Shown piece after piece: positions 34,450 to 44,940 of a stretch of 64,000 bases of DNA (positions are counted from its first letter, which is position 1; each line of letters starts with the position of its first letter). Source of the stretch: a bacterium (GTDB lineage: Bacteria > Zhuqueibacterota > Zhuqueibacteria > Residuimicrobiales > Krinioviventaceae). The stretch lies in contig OY843751.1 of the NCBI GenBank assembly GCA_963693055.1, positions 1,952,001-2,016,000 of the forward strand, in the 5' to 3' direction. A program made the position numbers and the translations under genes. The notes beneath the pieces are model-generated. The model was not told the origin of the DNA, searched no databases, and saw only the letters and a program-made list of their open reading frames with translations.

Positions 34450-35967
34450 TTATGCTTCTTCAACAACTTTCCAGCCAACCTTGTCGGCAAGGGCATAAGC
34501 CTGTTTTTTCAGATCACCGTAAAATGTTACACGGTGCCAGCCCCACGTGCCCCATTGGGTGAACAGTTTTTCCATGTCACCCACAGGTTCCGCGCAGAGT
34601 TTGGTACGGCAGGCGCGGTCATCTGGATCATTGTCTACAGCTACAGCCTGGTGCAACAGGATCTCGTTACGTTCCGGTTCCAGTTGCATACTTGTGGTAA
34701 GGTAACCTGTAGGCATAATGGATCTTACTGCAGCGCCTTTTCTGTCTTCCGAGTGGTTCATAATGTCGTATGGATTCTTACTTCCCTGGGGACCAAATGC
34801 CTTGTTAGACGCAACACAGTGCGCGTAAATGATTTGACCTTTTGCTGTATCAATTACCGGATCCGAGATATATCCGGGTCTTCCTTTGGTCAATGTCGTA
34901 AAGGTAACCATGGTTGCAGTTGATCGGGTATCACACTCGCAGGCGCCTATGAATCCTTCGTTATTTAACTGGTGAAATCCCAGGCAGGGGTAAGCGTGTA
35001 TGTGACCACCGTAGAAACCACCCAGACAATTGATGGTGATTGCATTTGCGTTATGCTTTTTCAATACATCTTTCATACCCAGATAGAATGCAGCTGAATT
35101 GATGATGGTTTTTTCAGGTACGTCAATTATATTCTCTGCGTCATTCATCCAGCGTTTTGCGATTTCTCTGGATTCGTCCTTGTCTGCTCTTTCCCAGGCA
35201 CGATTTACTTCACTGAATGCTACCCGTTCCATGGGTATGCCCATAATGGGATCAGCCGGACCGGATTCCTGATTACGGATGGCAAGGATCTTGGACTCGC
35301 CCAATTGTTTTACCCATTCGTCAGTGTTGAGCGTTTCAAATTCATCCTTGGCATAGGTTGCGCCAGAAGGGGGCTTTGTATTTTTAATACGAACTTTTGC
35401 AACATTGGCAGCAAAATTTTGAGCAGTGCTGTTGCCAAAACATTTGACTGATTTCACCAGATCGCTTATATCGGAAGAGGAAACGAACCCGAGGTTGGGG
35501 GTACCTTTTTCCATAAAACGGCCGATATAGACTAAAAATCCACCACTACCGCCAAATTGAAAATCGGCATACAAGGTGGGTTTGCCGCTTGCGGCTATGG
35601 TTTGCACCACCTTGTTCCAACAGTTCATCTGATAGACCAGATATCCGTCAATGGCCTGGTTTTCATCTGCTTTTAAGAGCTTTTCAGCTTCTTCAGGGCC
35701 GGTTGCCATGGACGAAACAAATTCGAAATGGGGAATCTCTTTTTGTAACGTACCGGTTATACGTTCCATATGGGGATTAAAATCAAATCCTATATTGGGC
35801 CAATCCGGTTTTTCCTGAACTGGTGAATGCAATGAATAAATAATATGGATTTTCTTTTTCTCTTTGGAACAGGATGCCAGGGGAGCCGCCGCACAGAAAG
35901 CGGCACAACCAGCGCAGCGCCCCATAAAAGCCCGCCGGTCAAGGATGGAACTGTTGTTAAAACTCAT
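34450..35967 (-). CDS. L-fucose/L-arabinose isomerase-like protein with Tat-lipoprotein signal
   Basis: AITINC, YPCLG, ACECD, YAHC, CRTK and HRVTFYGD motifs; N-terminal RRAF and LASC. Confidence 0.7.
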   Translation of the reverse strand: MSFNNSSILDRRAFMGRCAGCAAFCAAAPLASCSKEKKKIHIIYSLHSPVQEKPDWPNIGFDFNPHMERITGTLQKEIPHFEFVSSMATGPEEAEKLLKADENQAIDGYLVYQMNCWNKVVQTIAASGKPTLYADFQFGGSGGFLVYIGRFMEKGTPNLGFVSSSDISDLVKSVKCFGNSTAQNFAANVAKVRIKNTKPPSGATYAKDEFETLNTDEWVKQLGESKILAIRNQESGPADPIMGIPMERVAFSEVNRAWERADKDESREIAKRWMNDAENIIDVPEKTIINSAAFYLGMKDVLKKHNANAITINCLGGFYGGHIHAYPCLGFHQLNNEGFIGACECDTRSTATMVTFTTLTKGRPGYISDPVIDTAKGQIIYAHCVASNKAFGPQGSKNPYDIMNHSEDRKGAAVRSIMPTGYLTTSMQLEPERNEILLHQAVAVDNDPDDRACRTKLCAEPVGDMEKLFTQWGTWGWHRVTFYGDLKKQAYALADKVGWKVVEEA

Positions 35968-36135
35968 GCACTTCTCCTTAAATTTAAATATATATGAAAA
36001 CAGGATTTTTAAAGCATGGTTATAATATGAATATGTATAGGCAGAGGAGAATAATATATAACTAAATATAGTTAATATTTTTATAAAGGCAAGGGGAAAT
36101 GTTAGTGTTGCAGAGTGAAATTGTTGAGTTTCTTT

Positions 36136-36900
36136 TTATTTTTCTAATAGATTGTCTCTATTGCAATTGAGATCTATTCTAACATTTTTTTTGTTCAATA
36201 AATCCATGAATTCGTAAAAATTATTATTTAAAATGAAATCTACTTCTTCCTGGTAGATTGGAAAAAGTTGAAGAAAGTAAATTGTTTTTTCTTTATCGAT
36301 TTCCAATTCGAAAAAATCTTGGCCAAATGGTGTAGCTAAAATTAGCAACATGGTGTTCAATTTTGTGTTAACAGAAAATGGTATTGGAGGATTCCCATTA
36401 GGTATTGTATGTCCATCAAATATCCAAGTATTGTATTCATGCGGGAAATGTGCCAATCGATTCAATTGATCAACAGGCCAGAGATTTTCCTCAGCATTAT
36501 TATCGTTCGATAAATCCCATGATTTTGGTAATATCATCATTATTTCAATATATTTAAATTTTTCAGCTCCTTCTGGTGTATTCATTGGCAGTTCACTCAT
36601 TCCTGATGTTATTAATATTTTGTATGGATATTTTGAAGGATTAAAATAATGAACATCAATATGAACAGTATTACTTTCAAATTCATGATATACAAATTCA
36701 GGTTCACCAAAGAATTTCTCTGCATGAATTATAATTTTTTCTATTAGTTTATGATTCCCCACAATTAATGTGGAATCTTTTCTGATATCATTTGCTGCAT
36801 GTATTACAGTTTTATGTTCTATTTCTTTAGAGAAACAGCCTTTTTCGATAAACAAAAAGAACAATATTGCAAAAATAAAATATTTCTTCATCTTTTTCAT
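36136..36900 (-). CDS. Suppressor-of-fused (SUFU) domain protein
   Basis: VHIDV, TSGMSELPM, WP...L..LA.FPH, GHTIPNG, FLQLFPIY.EE. Confidence 0.85.
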   Translation of the reverse strand: MKKMKKYFIFAILFFLFIEKGCFSKEIEHKTVIHAANDIRKDSTLIVGNHKLIEKIIIHAEKFFGEPEFVYHEFESNTVHIDVHYFNPSKYPYKILITSGMSELPMNTPEGAEKFKYIEIMMILPKSWDLSNDNNAEENLWPVDQLNRLAHFPHEYNTWIFDGHTIPNGNPPIPFSVNTKLNTMLLILATPFGQDFFELEIDKEKTIYFLQLFPIYQEEVDFILNNNFYEFMDLLNKKNVRIDLNCNRDNLLEK

Positions 36901-36952
36901 TAGCCAGGATTCATAAAAGTTAATTTGGTTGATTTTTATTTTTTAAAAAAAT

Positions 36953-37936
36953 CTAGATCCTTTGACCTGATATTTTTTTACTCCATTCATTAGGAGGAAA
37001 CGCAAAAGATTCGTTTTTCCATGAACGGGCAATTCCAATATCATAACCGCTCATTAATACGATTACAATGGAATTGATATCATTGATGTTTGTATATTTT
37101 TCCATCACTACCGATGCTGATCGTATTGCGAGTTCTTCATTGTCAATTGTTTGATTATTTTGGATGATCTTGACTTGAATATAGTCTGTTCTGTTATTAA
37201 AATTTTGAGAAAATCCTTTCATTACATAAATAAATGGATTTTTTTCATTTTCAATTAATTGATTTTGAATTTCCATTAAATTAGAAATTGTTTCATTTTG
37301 GGTTGAAATATTTTTAGTAATATAATTTGCTAAAAGTGTTGCTGTAAACAGAAAAATGATCATAATTTTATGCACTCGCCATAATGCAGGGACTATATTT
37401 GAAAAATTGTTTTTTTCTTTTACTACTAAAGTTTTTGCCAACAAATCATGCAACGATTGTCTGGTTTTTCTGTTAAATATGTATAGATAGATTATAGTAC
37501 TGCCAGTTCCAAATAATACCAAATTTATCAAATATCCTGCGGGTGATTGGAGTAGACTGTTTGGTAATAATGCACCATTTAAAAACCAGGGTATTGTTAT
37601 AATTACACTACGTAATAGTGATTTGGGAAACGAAATCAGGTTGCCGTTATAATCCGTAATCTTGAGTTTTAATAGCATTTTCCCAAGTGTTTGTCCTTTA
37701 CCAATATTACTGTTCAATATCGAGAAATAAATTGTTGTAATAGTAAAGCCAATGAGTTTACCCCATGCGCCAGCTTTTATTAACCACTCTTGAAATATAC
37801 CTCCTATTATTATACCGAAAATTCCAAGAACGAGAACGTCAATGATAAGCGCGAAAATTCTAATCCAAAATCCGGCAAAAGTTATGTTATTTTCCTTTGT
37901 TGTTTCATTAATATGCTCGTTGGATTGATATTCCAT
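36953..37936 (-). CDS. RDD family membrane protein
   Basis: AGFWIRIFALIID, GQTLGK, RQSLHDLLAKT. Confidence 0.9.
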   Translation of the reverse strand: MEYQSNEHINETTKENNITFAGFWIRIFALIIDVLVLGIFGIIIGGIFQEWLIKAGAWGKLIGFTITTIYFSILNSNIGKGQTLGKMLLKLKITDYNGNLISFPKSLLRSVIITIPWFLNGALLPNSLLQSPAGYLINLVLFGTGSTIIYLYIFNRKTRQSLHDLLAKTLVVKEKNNFSNIVPALWRVHKIMIIFLFTATLLANYITKNISTQNETISNLMEIQNQLIENEKNPFIYVMKGFSQNFNNRTDYIQVKIIQNNQTIDNEELAIRSASVVMEKYTNINDINSIVIVLMSGYDIGIARSWKNESFAFPPNEWSKKISGQRI

Positions 37937-38137
37937 AGTCGTCCCTTTTGAATATTACGGATGCGAAAGATTGTTTTGAAATTAAATGGTTCCCCTGATT
38001 TAAAAAAGGAATATTTGAAATTTAAAAAAAAACTGGATATTGTCAATAATGATTTTGGTTCAAGGTGATTTTAAATAGAAAAAATTAGAGTTTGTAAGGA
38101 AATATGAAAGGTATTTATATAAACCATTTTCTAATTT

Positions 38138-38890
38138 TTATTCTATCGGCTCACCACTTTCCAATACCTGGAGTACTTTATCATCATTGACTTTAATCTG
38201 CCAAGTATGCATGTGTATACAGCCTGAAGGACAATCTCCCCAGCCATATGAAAAGAGGTATGTCCTTGTTTTACCTGCATCTACCAAAACTGGATTTGGA
38301 ATAAAAGAATAAGCACTGTTAATACTTGTATAATTGAATTCGTTTGTTTGTTCTAAAAGATTGATTGGAACATTTAGATTCATTGGTATAGGTGATAATA
38401 GTTCAAAGGTATAAAGATCTGAAAAAAACATTTCAATTTCTACAACTTTTAGGTTGAATTGTTTGATCACATTATCAATTTTTTTAATACCTGATTCTTG
38501 TTTACCGTTAAGCCAGTTTTTTACCCAGATTTTATTTGTATCGACAGCAACTAAACTTTCTGTAAGATATTTTGAATCAGAAAAATGCATAGCTCTGGAA
38601 TATTTAATAAAATTGGTGTCTATTTTGGAAATTATAGAGTATATAGTAATAAAGTCATTGTAATGTTTTTGTACATTATCCTCATCTAGCCAGGGCATGG
38701 TATTGTAAATCGTTTCATTTTTTTGCATTATCTCGAATTCCATATTTTGTGCATCAGAATATAGAATGGCTTTTAATGAATCCGAGAGAAGAGAGTCATT
38801 GCTATATGATTGGATTTCTTCCGGATCAACTGAATGGTTAGTGCAGGAAATAATAATCAGTAGCAGTAGTAAATAAAGCATTTTGTTCAT
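38138..38890 (-). CDS. Hypothetical lipoprotein with C-terminal GWGDCPSGC motif
   Basis: Lipobox IISC; paralog of 38915-39679. Confidence 0.75.
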   Translation of the reverse strand: MNKMLYLLLLLIIISCTNHSVDPEEIQSYSNDSLLSDSLKAILYSDAQNMEFEIMQKNETIYNTMPWLDEDNVQKHYNDFITIYSIISKIDTNFIKYSRAMHFSDSKYLTESLVAVDTNKIWVKNWLNGKQESGIKKIDNVIKQFNLKVVEIEMFFSDLYTFELLSPIPMNLNVPINLLEQTNEFNYTSINSAYSFIPNPVLVDAGKTRTYLFSYGWGDCPSGCIHMHTWQIKVNDDKVLQVLESGEPIE

Positions 38891-38914
38891 GTTAATTCCT
38901 ATAGATAAAAAAGA

Positions 38915-39679
38915 TTATTCCAACGCATCGCCATATTCGATATTCAGGGAAATCTGTTCGCCTTTTACTTTGATTTCCCAGGTGTGTTGATAAATGCAGC
39001 CGGAAGGGCAGTCACCCCATCCGTATTTGAAAATATAATTTTTGTAATCTTGATTGCCCTGCATAGAAATGCTGCTCCAATCGGGATGTCTTGCCGGAAT
39101 TTCGGCATAGAGAAATTCATCGGTTGCTGATAATTTTTCAGCTAATAATCTATTATTTATGGGATTTGCAGATGTTAAAGTGAAATTGTAGCGATTTTTA
39201 GATCCATTGCTTTCAAGAATATCCAGTTCATAATTGTAGATGATTGAATCAATACCGGCAATGTCTGCAATCTTTTTGTCGTTTAACCAGTTTTTAACCC
39301 ATATTTTGTTTGTATCAACAGCGACATGTATTTGTCTTATACCATAGTGGTAATGATTATGGATGCGAGTAATGTTATCAAGAAACCTTTTGTTGATCTT
39401 GTAACTGGATTGATAAATATTTATCAGGTCATTATAATACTGACCAATGTTGAATTCGTCTAGTACTGCTGAGCTTGATAGAGTATGTTCTTTGTCTGCT
39501 TGCCTCATGTATTCAATATACACCGCATCGTTATAATACAATTGGCGTGTAGAATCATTGAGGGGAATAATATCGGATGCAGATAAATTGTTGGGTTCCG
39601 GGTTGGTAGAATTTTGGTTACATGCCAGGTATAATAGTAATAAAATAAAAAAATGAATTTTTCGCATTACAACCCCCAC
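38915..39679 (-). CDS. Hypothetical lipoprotein with C-terminal GWGDCPSGC motif
   Basis: Lipobox YLAC; shares VAVDTNKIWVKNWLN and YGWGDCPSGCI with its neighbour. Confidence 0.75.
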   Translation of the reverse strand: MGVVMRKIHFFILLLLYLACNQNSTNPEPNNLSASDIIPLNDSTRQLYYNDAVYIEYMRQADKEHTLSSSAVLDEFNIGQYYNDLINIYQSSYKINKRFLDNITRIHNHYHYGIRQIHVAVDTNKIWVKNWLNDKKIADIAGIDSIIYNYELDILESNGSKNRYNFTLTSANPINNRLLAEKLSATDEFLYAEIPARHPDWSSISMQGNQDYKNYIFKYGWGDCPSGCIYQHTWEIKVKGEQISLNIEYGDALE

Positions 39680-39780
39680 GTATTTTAGTTTACATGTTAT
39701 CTTTTAAACTTTTCTGTAATTCTTTTGTTCCCTGCTTAAGGTGCACTTTATATTTTATTTAAAAGGTAGCTTTTAAAGAT

Positions 39781-41040
39781 TTATTCTCCTTTCTTTTTCT
39801 GCCAGTAATTGGCCAGCATCGACCCGGTGGCATTCATCCAGGGACCCCAGATTGCAGGTGCCAGTGCGGTATTGGCAGAGTTGAGCACCGTCATTGCCAA
39901 ACCGGATGCCATGCCGCTGTTTTGCATGCCCACTTCGAACGCAATGGTGCGGCAGATTTGGGTGTCCTGGCGGGCCGCGCGGGCAATCCAGTATCCCAGA
40001 ATATAGCCCATAAAATTATGAATTATTGATGTTGCTATCAACAGCATGCCAACGGACATTAGCTTTTCGCTGGACCGTGCGGTGATGATGGCAATAATAA
40101 GACAAATACCCAGCATAGAGATGAACGGCAGAGCCCTGTCCATCCAGTTTGAAGGACTTTTGAGCCAGATACCAATAACCAGTTTGAGCAGGGCAGTGGA
40201 CGCAATCAGCGCGAATCCCAAAATTAATCCGCCTTTCAGCGGCAGTATGACTCCAAAGACGGCAGGATTTATAAAGATGCAGATCAATGACAATACAAAT
40301 CCGGTCAATGCTATCAGTGCAAGCGGCAATGCCCGGTTATAGATTTTAGATTTGCTGTACAAGATCTTGTTGGCGATTAATCCTGCAACAATGGGCACGA
40401 TGATCATATTCAAAATGGATAACATCATGGCGGTAAAATTAATGGGCACCATTTTGCCGGCAAGGGTTTTCATGAGAAACGGGGTCATAATAGGAGACAA
40501 TAGCGTTGAAAAGGATGTCATGGTCACAGAAAGGGCAACATTACCACCGGCAATATATACCATCAGATTCGAGGCTACACCCCCGGGGCAAGAACCTACC
40601 AGTACCACACCCGCGGCAATTTCCGGTTCCAATCCGAACAACAGCGCGATTGATATACCCAACAGCGGCATAATGCTGTATTGCAAAAACAGACCGATAA
40701 ACACAGGGATTGGCATTTTAATGACACGGGAGAAGTCTTTAACATTCAGGGTTGTACCCATACCAAACATGATGATCTGGATTAGCGGTACAATCAAGAG
40801 TCCCAGGTTGAATCCGAACCAGTTCCCAAACAGCCCCGGCCACACCAAGGACGCGATTACGAAGACGAGCACCCAAATGGTAAACGTAAAATTTTTCAAC
40901 ACAGGATGTGATCTGAAATAAAGACTCATGGATATAAACATAAAGACCAGTGTATAACCCATGTATGCTGTTTGTCCGGTAATCCATAATCCAAGCGATA
41001 GTAATAATAAAAACGCGGCCACATATCCGAGTTGTTTCAT
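39781..41040 (-). CDS. Bile acid:sodium symporter family transporter
   Basis: IMFGMG, QYSIMP, CPGGVASN, EVGMQNSG. Confidence 0.9.
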   Translation of the reverse strand: MKQLGYVAAFLLLLSLGLWITGQTAYMGYTLVFMFISMSLYFRSHPVLKNFTFTIWVLVFVIASLVWPGLFGNWFGFNLGLLIVPLIQIIMFGMGTTLNVKDFSRVIKMPIPVFIGLFLQYSIMPLLGISIALLFGLEPEIAAGVVLVGSCPGGVASNLMVYIAGGNVALSVTMTSFSTLLSPIMTPFLMKTLAGKMVPINFTAMMLSILNMIIVPIVAGLIANKILYSKSKIYNRALPLALIALTGFVLSLICIFINPAVFGVILPLKGGLILGFALIASTALLKLVIGIWLKSPSNWMDRALPFISMLGICLIIAIITARSSEKLMSVGMLLIATSIIHNFMGYILGYWIARAARQDTQICRTIAFEVGMQNSGMASGLAMTVLNSANTALAPAIWGPWMNATGSMLANYWQKKKGE

Positions 41041-41180
41041 ATTATGTCCTGTTTTGAGGGAATATTTGGGTTCATTTTTTTAAAAAAGTATGTAAATAAA
41101 ATACAATGAAAAAGGGGGGATTGCAAGCGTAGAATTAAAAAAAGCCGCTTTGGAAAAAGTCCTCAAAGCGGCCCGAGTTT

Positions 41181-42566
41181 TTAACGTATCAATGTCATTT
41201 TACGTATTGTTTTGGTGTTACCTGCACACAATTCGTAATAATAGATTCCGCTTGCTACGGGTGATTGGTTTGCATCACAACCGTTCCACTCGATTTGGTA
41301 AGAACCAGCGGATTGTGTTTGATGTACCAGCGTATTGATTCGTTGTCCCATATTGTTGTATATGGACAATTCTACATTTGATTGCTGCGTAATGGAATAA
41401 CTGAGGGTGGTTGTAGGATTAAAAGGATTGGGATAGTTTTGGGCCAATTCAATTGTTGCCGGAATTTGGGATTGTGGATGTATTCCTGTGGGATCACCAT
41501 CAATGGCTTCCAGAATTCCCAAGTCTTTGGTACCATTGCCTATTACATCCGATTCCCAGATTATAGTATCCTGTTGAACATCCAGTTTTTGTACATGGCC
41601 GTCACCACCCCATTCTTTCATATAGGGAACCCAGACCACATCCAGCGAATTATCATAGAATAACCGCTGCAAATTGGGACCAACAAGAATGGGATTTGAT
41701 GCATCTCGCAATGCTGTACCTGTATTGGCATCATATGAGCAGATATAACCATTCACACCATCACCCCAGGCTGGGCAATATCCCTTGCCATCTACAGTAA
41801 TCACCAGATCACCGGGGGTAAAGGGAGTGGTATGTTCAGCGTCATGCCAGCCAAAATCCACTGTATCCACAGCGGCGGGGGTGTTTTGATTATCACCCGT
41901 ATGAAGATCAATAATCACTACAGAGCCGGCTGTGGTTGCATAATCACCGGTGCAAACCACATTTAATCGTCCATCCGGGGCTATTGCAACATCTTGAGCG
42001 TTGACTGGCGTGTTAACTGTATGGATTACCATATCATTTTCCGCATCGATAATTGAAACAGAGGATTGTTCATAAGGCATTCCCCAGCCCGCGTAACCGG
42101 TATTGGTCACAAACGCTTGACCGTCTTTGCACAAAATTCCTTCAGGCGCTACACCTACTGCAATATTGCCTGTAACCGTACCCGTTGCAAGGTCAATTAC
42201 AGAAACCGTGTTGGCAACATAGTTTGTAACATAGGCTTTATCTGAATCCGGGAACGCGATAGCCCAGGGATTACTACCTTCAGCCAGAGCAATGGTTTGA
42301 ACAACCTGATTGTTTTGCTGCGGATCAATGATCATAATATCATCAGTACCGGAATTGACGATATAGATTAAATCATTAAAAACTACCAACTGATTCGGCA
42401 TTTGTCCGGTTGTCACAATATTAGACTGGATACTCCAATCATCCATTGACATGGATGATACCGTTTCAGCGGATTCGTTCAGCGTATAAAGTGTTCTAGG
42501 AATGCCTGCAAATGCACATGTGTATAAAAGCAGAATCATAAACAACAGACATCTTTTGGGGTACAT
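41181..42566 (-). CDS. YncE-type beta-propeller with FlgD-Ig/T9SS-like C-terminal domain (BtuG-like candidate)
   Basis: YVTN/VSVID blade repeats; C-terminal AQNYPNPFNP...ASGIYY; directly downstream of the TonB receptor. Confidence 0.75.
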   Translation of the reverse strand: MYPKRCLLFMILLLYTCAFAGIPRTLYTLNESAETVSSMSMDDWSIQSNIVTTGQMPNQLVVFNDLIYIVNSGTDDIMIIDPQQNNQVVQTIALAEGSNPWAIAFPDSDKAYVTNYVANTVSVIDLATGTVTGNIAVGVAPEGILCKDGQAFVTNTGYAGWGMPYEQSSVSIIDAENDMVIHTVNTPVNAQDVAIAPDGRLNVVCTGDYATTAGSVVIIDLHTGDNQNTPAAVDTVDFGWHDAEHTTPFTPGDLVITVDGKGYCPAWGDGVNGYICSYDANTGTALRDASNPILVGPNLQRLFYDNSLDVVWVPYMKEWGGDGHVQKLDVQQDTIIWESDVIGNGTKDLGILEAIDGDPTGIHPQSQIPATIELAQNYPNPFNPTTTLSYSITQQSNVELSIYNNMGQRINTLVHQTQSAGSYQIEWNGCDANQSPVASGIYYYELCAGNTKTIRKMTLIR

Positions 42567-42585
42567 GTTCCCTCCTTTTAAGAGA

Positions 42586-44868
42586 TTAATAGTTCACTAC
42601 CAGACCCAATCGCCACTCTCGTCCGGTCATTGGCATGTCCCGAATGGTTTCATAACAGCTATTGGATATATTATAAATTGAAAATTTGAGAATCAGTGTT
42701 GTTTTTAAAATATCTTGTGTAATTGAGCCATTGAGGTCCCATACCTCATAAGGATCCAACCAACGGGTATTGGCATCATTCACAAATCGCTTACCCACTT
42801 GACGAAAATTGAGCCCCAGATCTATATTGTAAAAATGTCCGGTAATTGTGCCTTTAAATGTTTTTTGAGGCCGATAGGGAATGATCTTGTTGCGGGTGGT
42901 TTGGTTATCACTTTTATTGAGAGGGTCCAGCTCTGAATAGCTGACATTCAAATGAAACCAATCATTGGGCGTATTCATTGAGACCAGATATTCTGTGCCA
43001 GAGATTTCCGCGTGCGTGTTGTACGGACTGAATACTTCAAAGCTTCCCAGACGCCATACAATCAGATTGTCGATTTGGTTTTTAAATGTACTGAATTCCA
43101 TTCTTAATGTGAAAGGATTGAAAAATTCCAAACCTGCACCTGTTTCGGTTTGAATGCTTTTTTCAGGGAGCAGGTCAGGATTTCCGTCAATGCGAACGTC
43201 CTGGTAAAACAGGTCCGCAAAAGTGGGCACCCGAAACGTGTGTGCATAACCGGATTTGATGTAAATGCGTTTTTCATTTCCCGCAGAAATGCGGCTATTT
43301 ATTGCTGGTCCCCAATGTTCATCAATTCGTTCATCATCATAACCCGAACTTTTACTGTGTCGGGTATCATAACGTAGGGAAGGAGAGATGCTCCATTTTA
43401 TCTGCTTACGGATTGGAATATTGATTTGTGGATTTATATAAAATCCATGAGCGGTTTCATTCGCCTGTTGTTTTGTGGGATTCAATACCGTCATCAGGTT
43501 TTCATTGTCGTATTGCTGTTTTCTAAAAGTATGCCCTGTTGTAAAATCGAGCCAGGAGTAGGGATTTGTGTTGAATTCGCTGTTGACAATAGTTTGATCA
43601 AGGGTGTATTGATAATGATATTGCGGATAGCGTTTGTATTTCAACTCTACATCATCCGGATATAGATTGTGGTTCTCGGTAACGGTTTCCATATATCTCG
43701 GTTGTATTTTGAGATTAAAGTGCTGGTGGTTTAATTGATAATCCAGTCCCCAGCCGGTTTGATTGTATTGAATTCTTGCATAGGGAGTCCAGCCGTCAAT
43801 TTTACCGGGTATGCCCCGATCAGAATCCATATTTTGGAATTGTAGTGCCAGATTGTGGTTTTTTATCTGATAGCCGGTACGCAGAAACAGATTCTGAGTT
43901 TGAATGTCTGCATTCATCCGGTCTTCATGGATGGTTTGATTATCCGAATTTTTATATTCATAAGGATAATTTCCATCGCTGACATTGTATTGATATGTGG
44001 CGATATAGTTCCAGTTTTTGATTCGACCTGAAACCGAAGGCGAGATGCTGTTGTATCCCCAGGCACCGGTGCGGTATTCCAGGTGCAGGTTATTTTTAAT
44101 GTTTTTACGGGTGATAATGTTTACAGCACCGGCGAGCGCACCAGTACCAAATCGGCTGGCGCTTGTACCCTTGTGGATCTCTATTTTTTCAATCATGTTG
44201 ACCGGGACCACAGATAAATCGGCATCCCCACTGGATTGATTGTTCAGGGGGACCCCATCCAGCAATACCAATACCTGGTTGCTCTGGCTGCCGCGTATGG
44301 ATATTTTTTTTGCTCCGCTGCCGCTTTCGTCTGTTATTTCAATTCCGGGTACCTGTGCAATTAACTCGGCGGCATTTTCAGCAGTTTTATTTGTCGTTTC
44401 ATCTATTCGGATCGACCAGACATCAATACCCGGTGAGTCGGTCCATTTTTCAGCATTAATATTTACATCCGGCATGGTTAGAATACGGGGCACTAGCCGG
44501 ATGTCTATTTGTATGGCTTGATCTTTTAATACATGTAAATCATAACGGGTTTGTTTTTCATAGGCGATATGTTCAAATGACAGAGAATAGGTACCTTCAA
44601 GCAGGTTCTTGATCTTAAAATGTCCCTGCCGGTTTGTAATGGTGCCGGTCCCGCTGTTTTGAATAGATATATTAACCCCTTGAACGGGCATGCCCGTTTT
44701 TATATCGGTTACTGTACCCTGTATCTTGATGTCTGATTGGGAATAGAGATGTGTAGAAAATAACAATATCGCAGCAATACTTGCGAGAATTGTTATTTTT
44801 GAGAAAAGTAATTTGAACAAGCAGAATACACCTTTGTGTATCCTGTTTGTGGGATTCACGGATTCCAA
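42586..44868 (-). CDS. btuB: TonB-dependent cobalamin receptor with N-terminal carboxypeptidase-regulatory-like domain
   Basis: ISIRG, VLVLLDG, IEKIEI.KG, G.GALAGAVNIIT plug motifs, NPDLLPE, aromatic C-terminus; downstream of a B12 riboswitch; true start probably near TTG 44821. Confidence 0.8.
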   Translation of the reverse strand: MESVNPTNRIHKGVFCLFKLLFSKITILASIAAILLFSTHLYSQSDIKIQGTVTDIKTGMPVQGVNISIQNSGTGTITNRQGHFKIKNLLEGTYSLSFEHIAYEKQTRYDLHVLKDQAIQIDIRLVPRILTMPDVNINAEKWTDSPGIDVWSIRIDETTNKTAENAAELIAQVPGIEITDESGSGAKKISIRGSQSNQVLVLLDGVPLNNQSSGDADLSVVPVNMIEKIEIHKGTSASRFGTGALAGAVNIITRKNIKNNLHLEYRTGAWGYNSISPSVSGRIKNWNYIATYQYNVSDGNYPYEYKNSDNQTIHEDRMNADIQTQNLFLRTGYQIKNHNLALQFQNMDSDRGIPGKIDGWTPYARIQYNQTGWGLDYQLNHQHFNLKIQPRYMETVTENHNLYPDDVELKYKRYPQYHYQYTLDQTIVNSEFNTNPYSWLDFTTGHTFRKQQYDNENLMTVLNPTKQQANETAHGFYINPQINIPIRKQIKWSISPSLRYDTRHSKSSGYDDERIDEHWGPAINSRISAGNEKRIYIKSGYAHTFRVPTFADLFYQDVRIDGNPDLLPEKSIQTETGAGLEFFNPFTLRMEFSTFKNQIDNLIVWRLGSFEVFSPYNTHAEISGTEYLVSMNTPNDWFHLNVSYSELDPLNKSDNQTTRNKIIPYRPQKTFKGTITGHFYNIDLGLNFRQVGKRFVNDANTRWLDPYEVWDLNGSITQDILKTTLILKFSIYNISNSCYETIRDMPMTGREWRLGLVVNY

Positions 44869-44940
44869 ACCTCACCCTCGAAGGTTGAAAATGAAAGCAG
44901 AAAGGCTGTACTGCAAAATGGATTAGATGATGGCCTTTCC

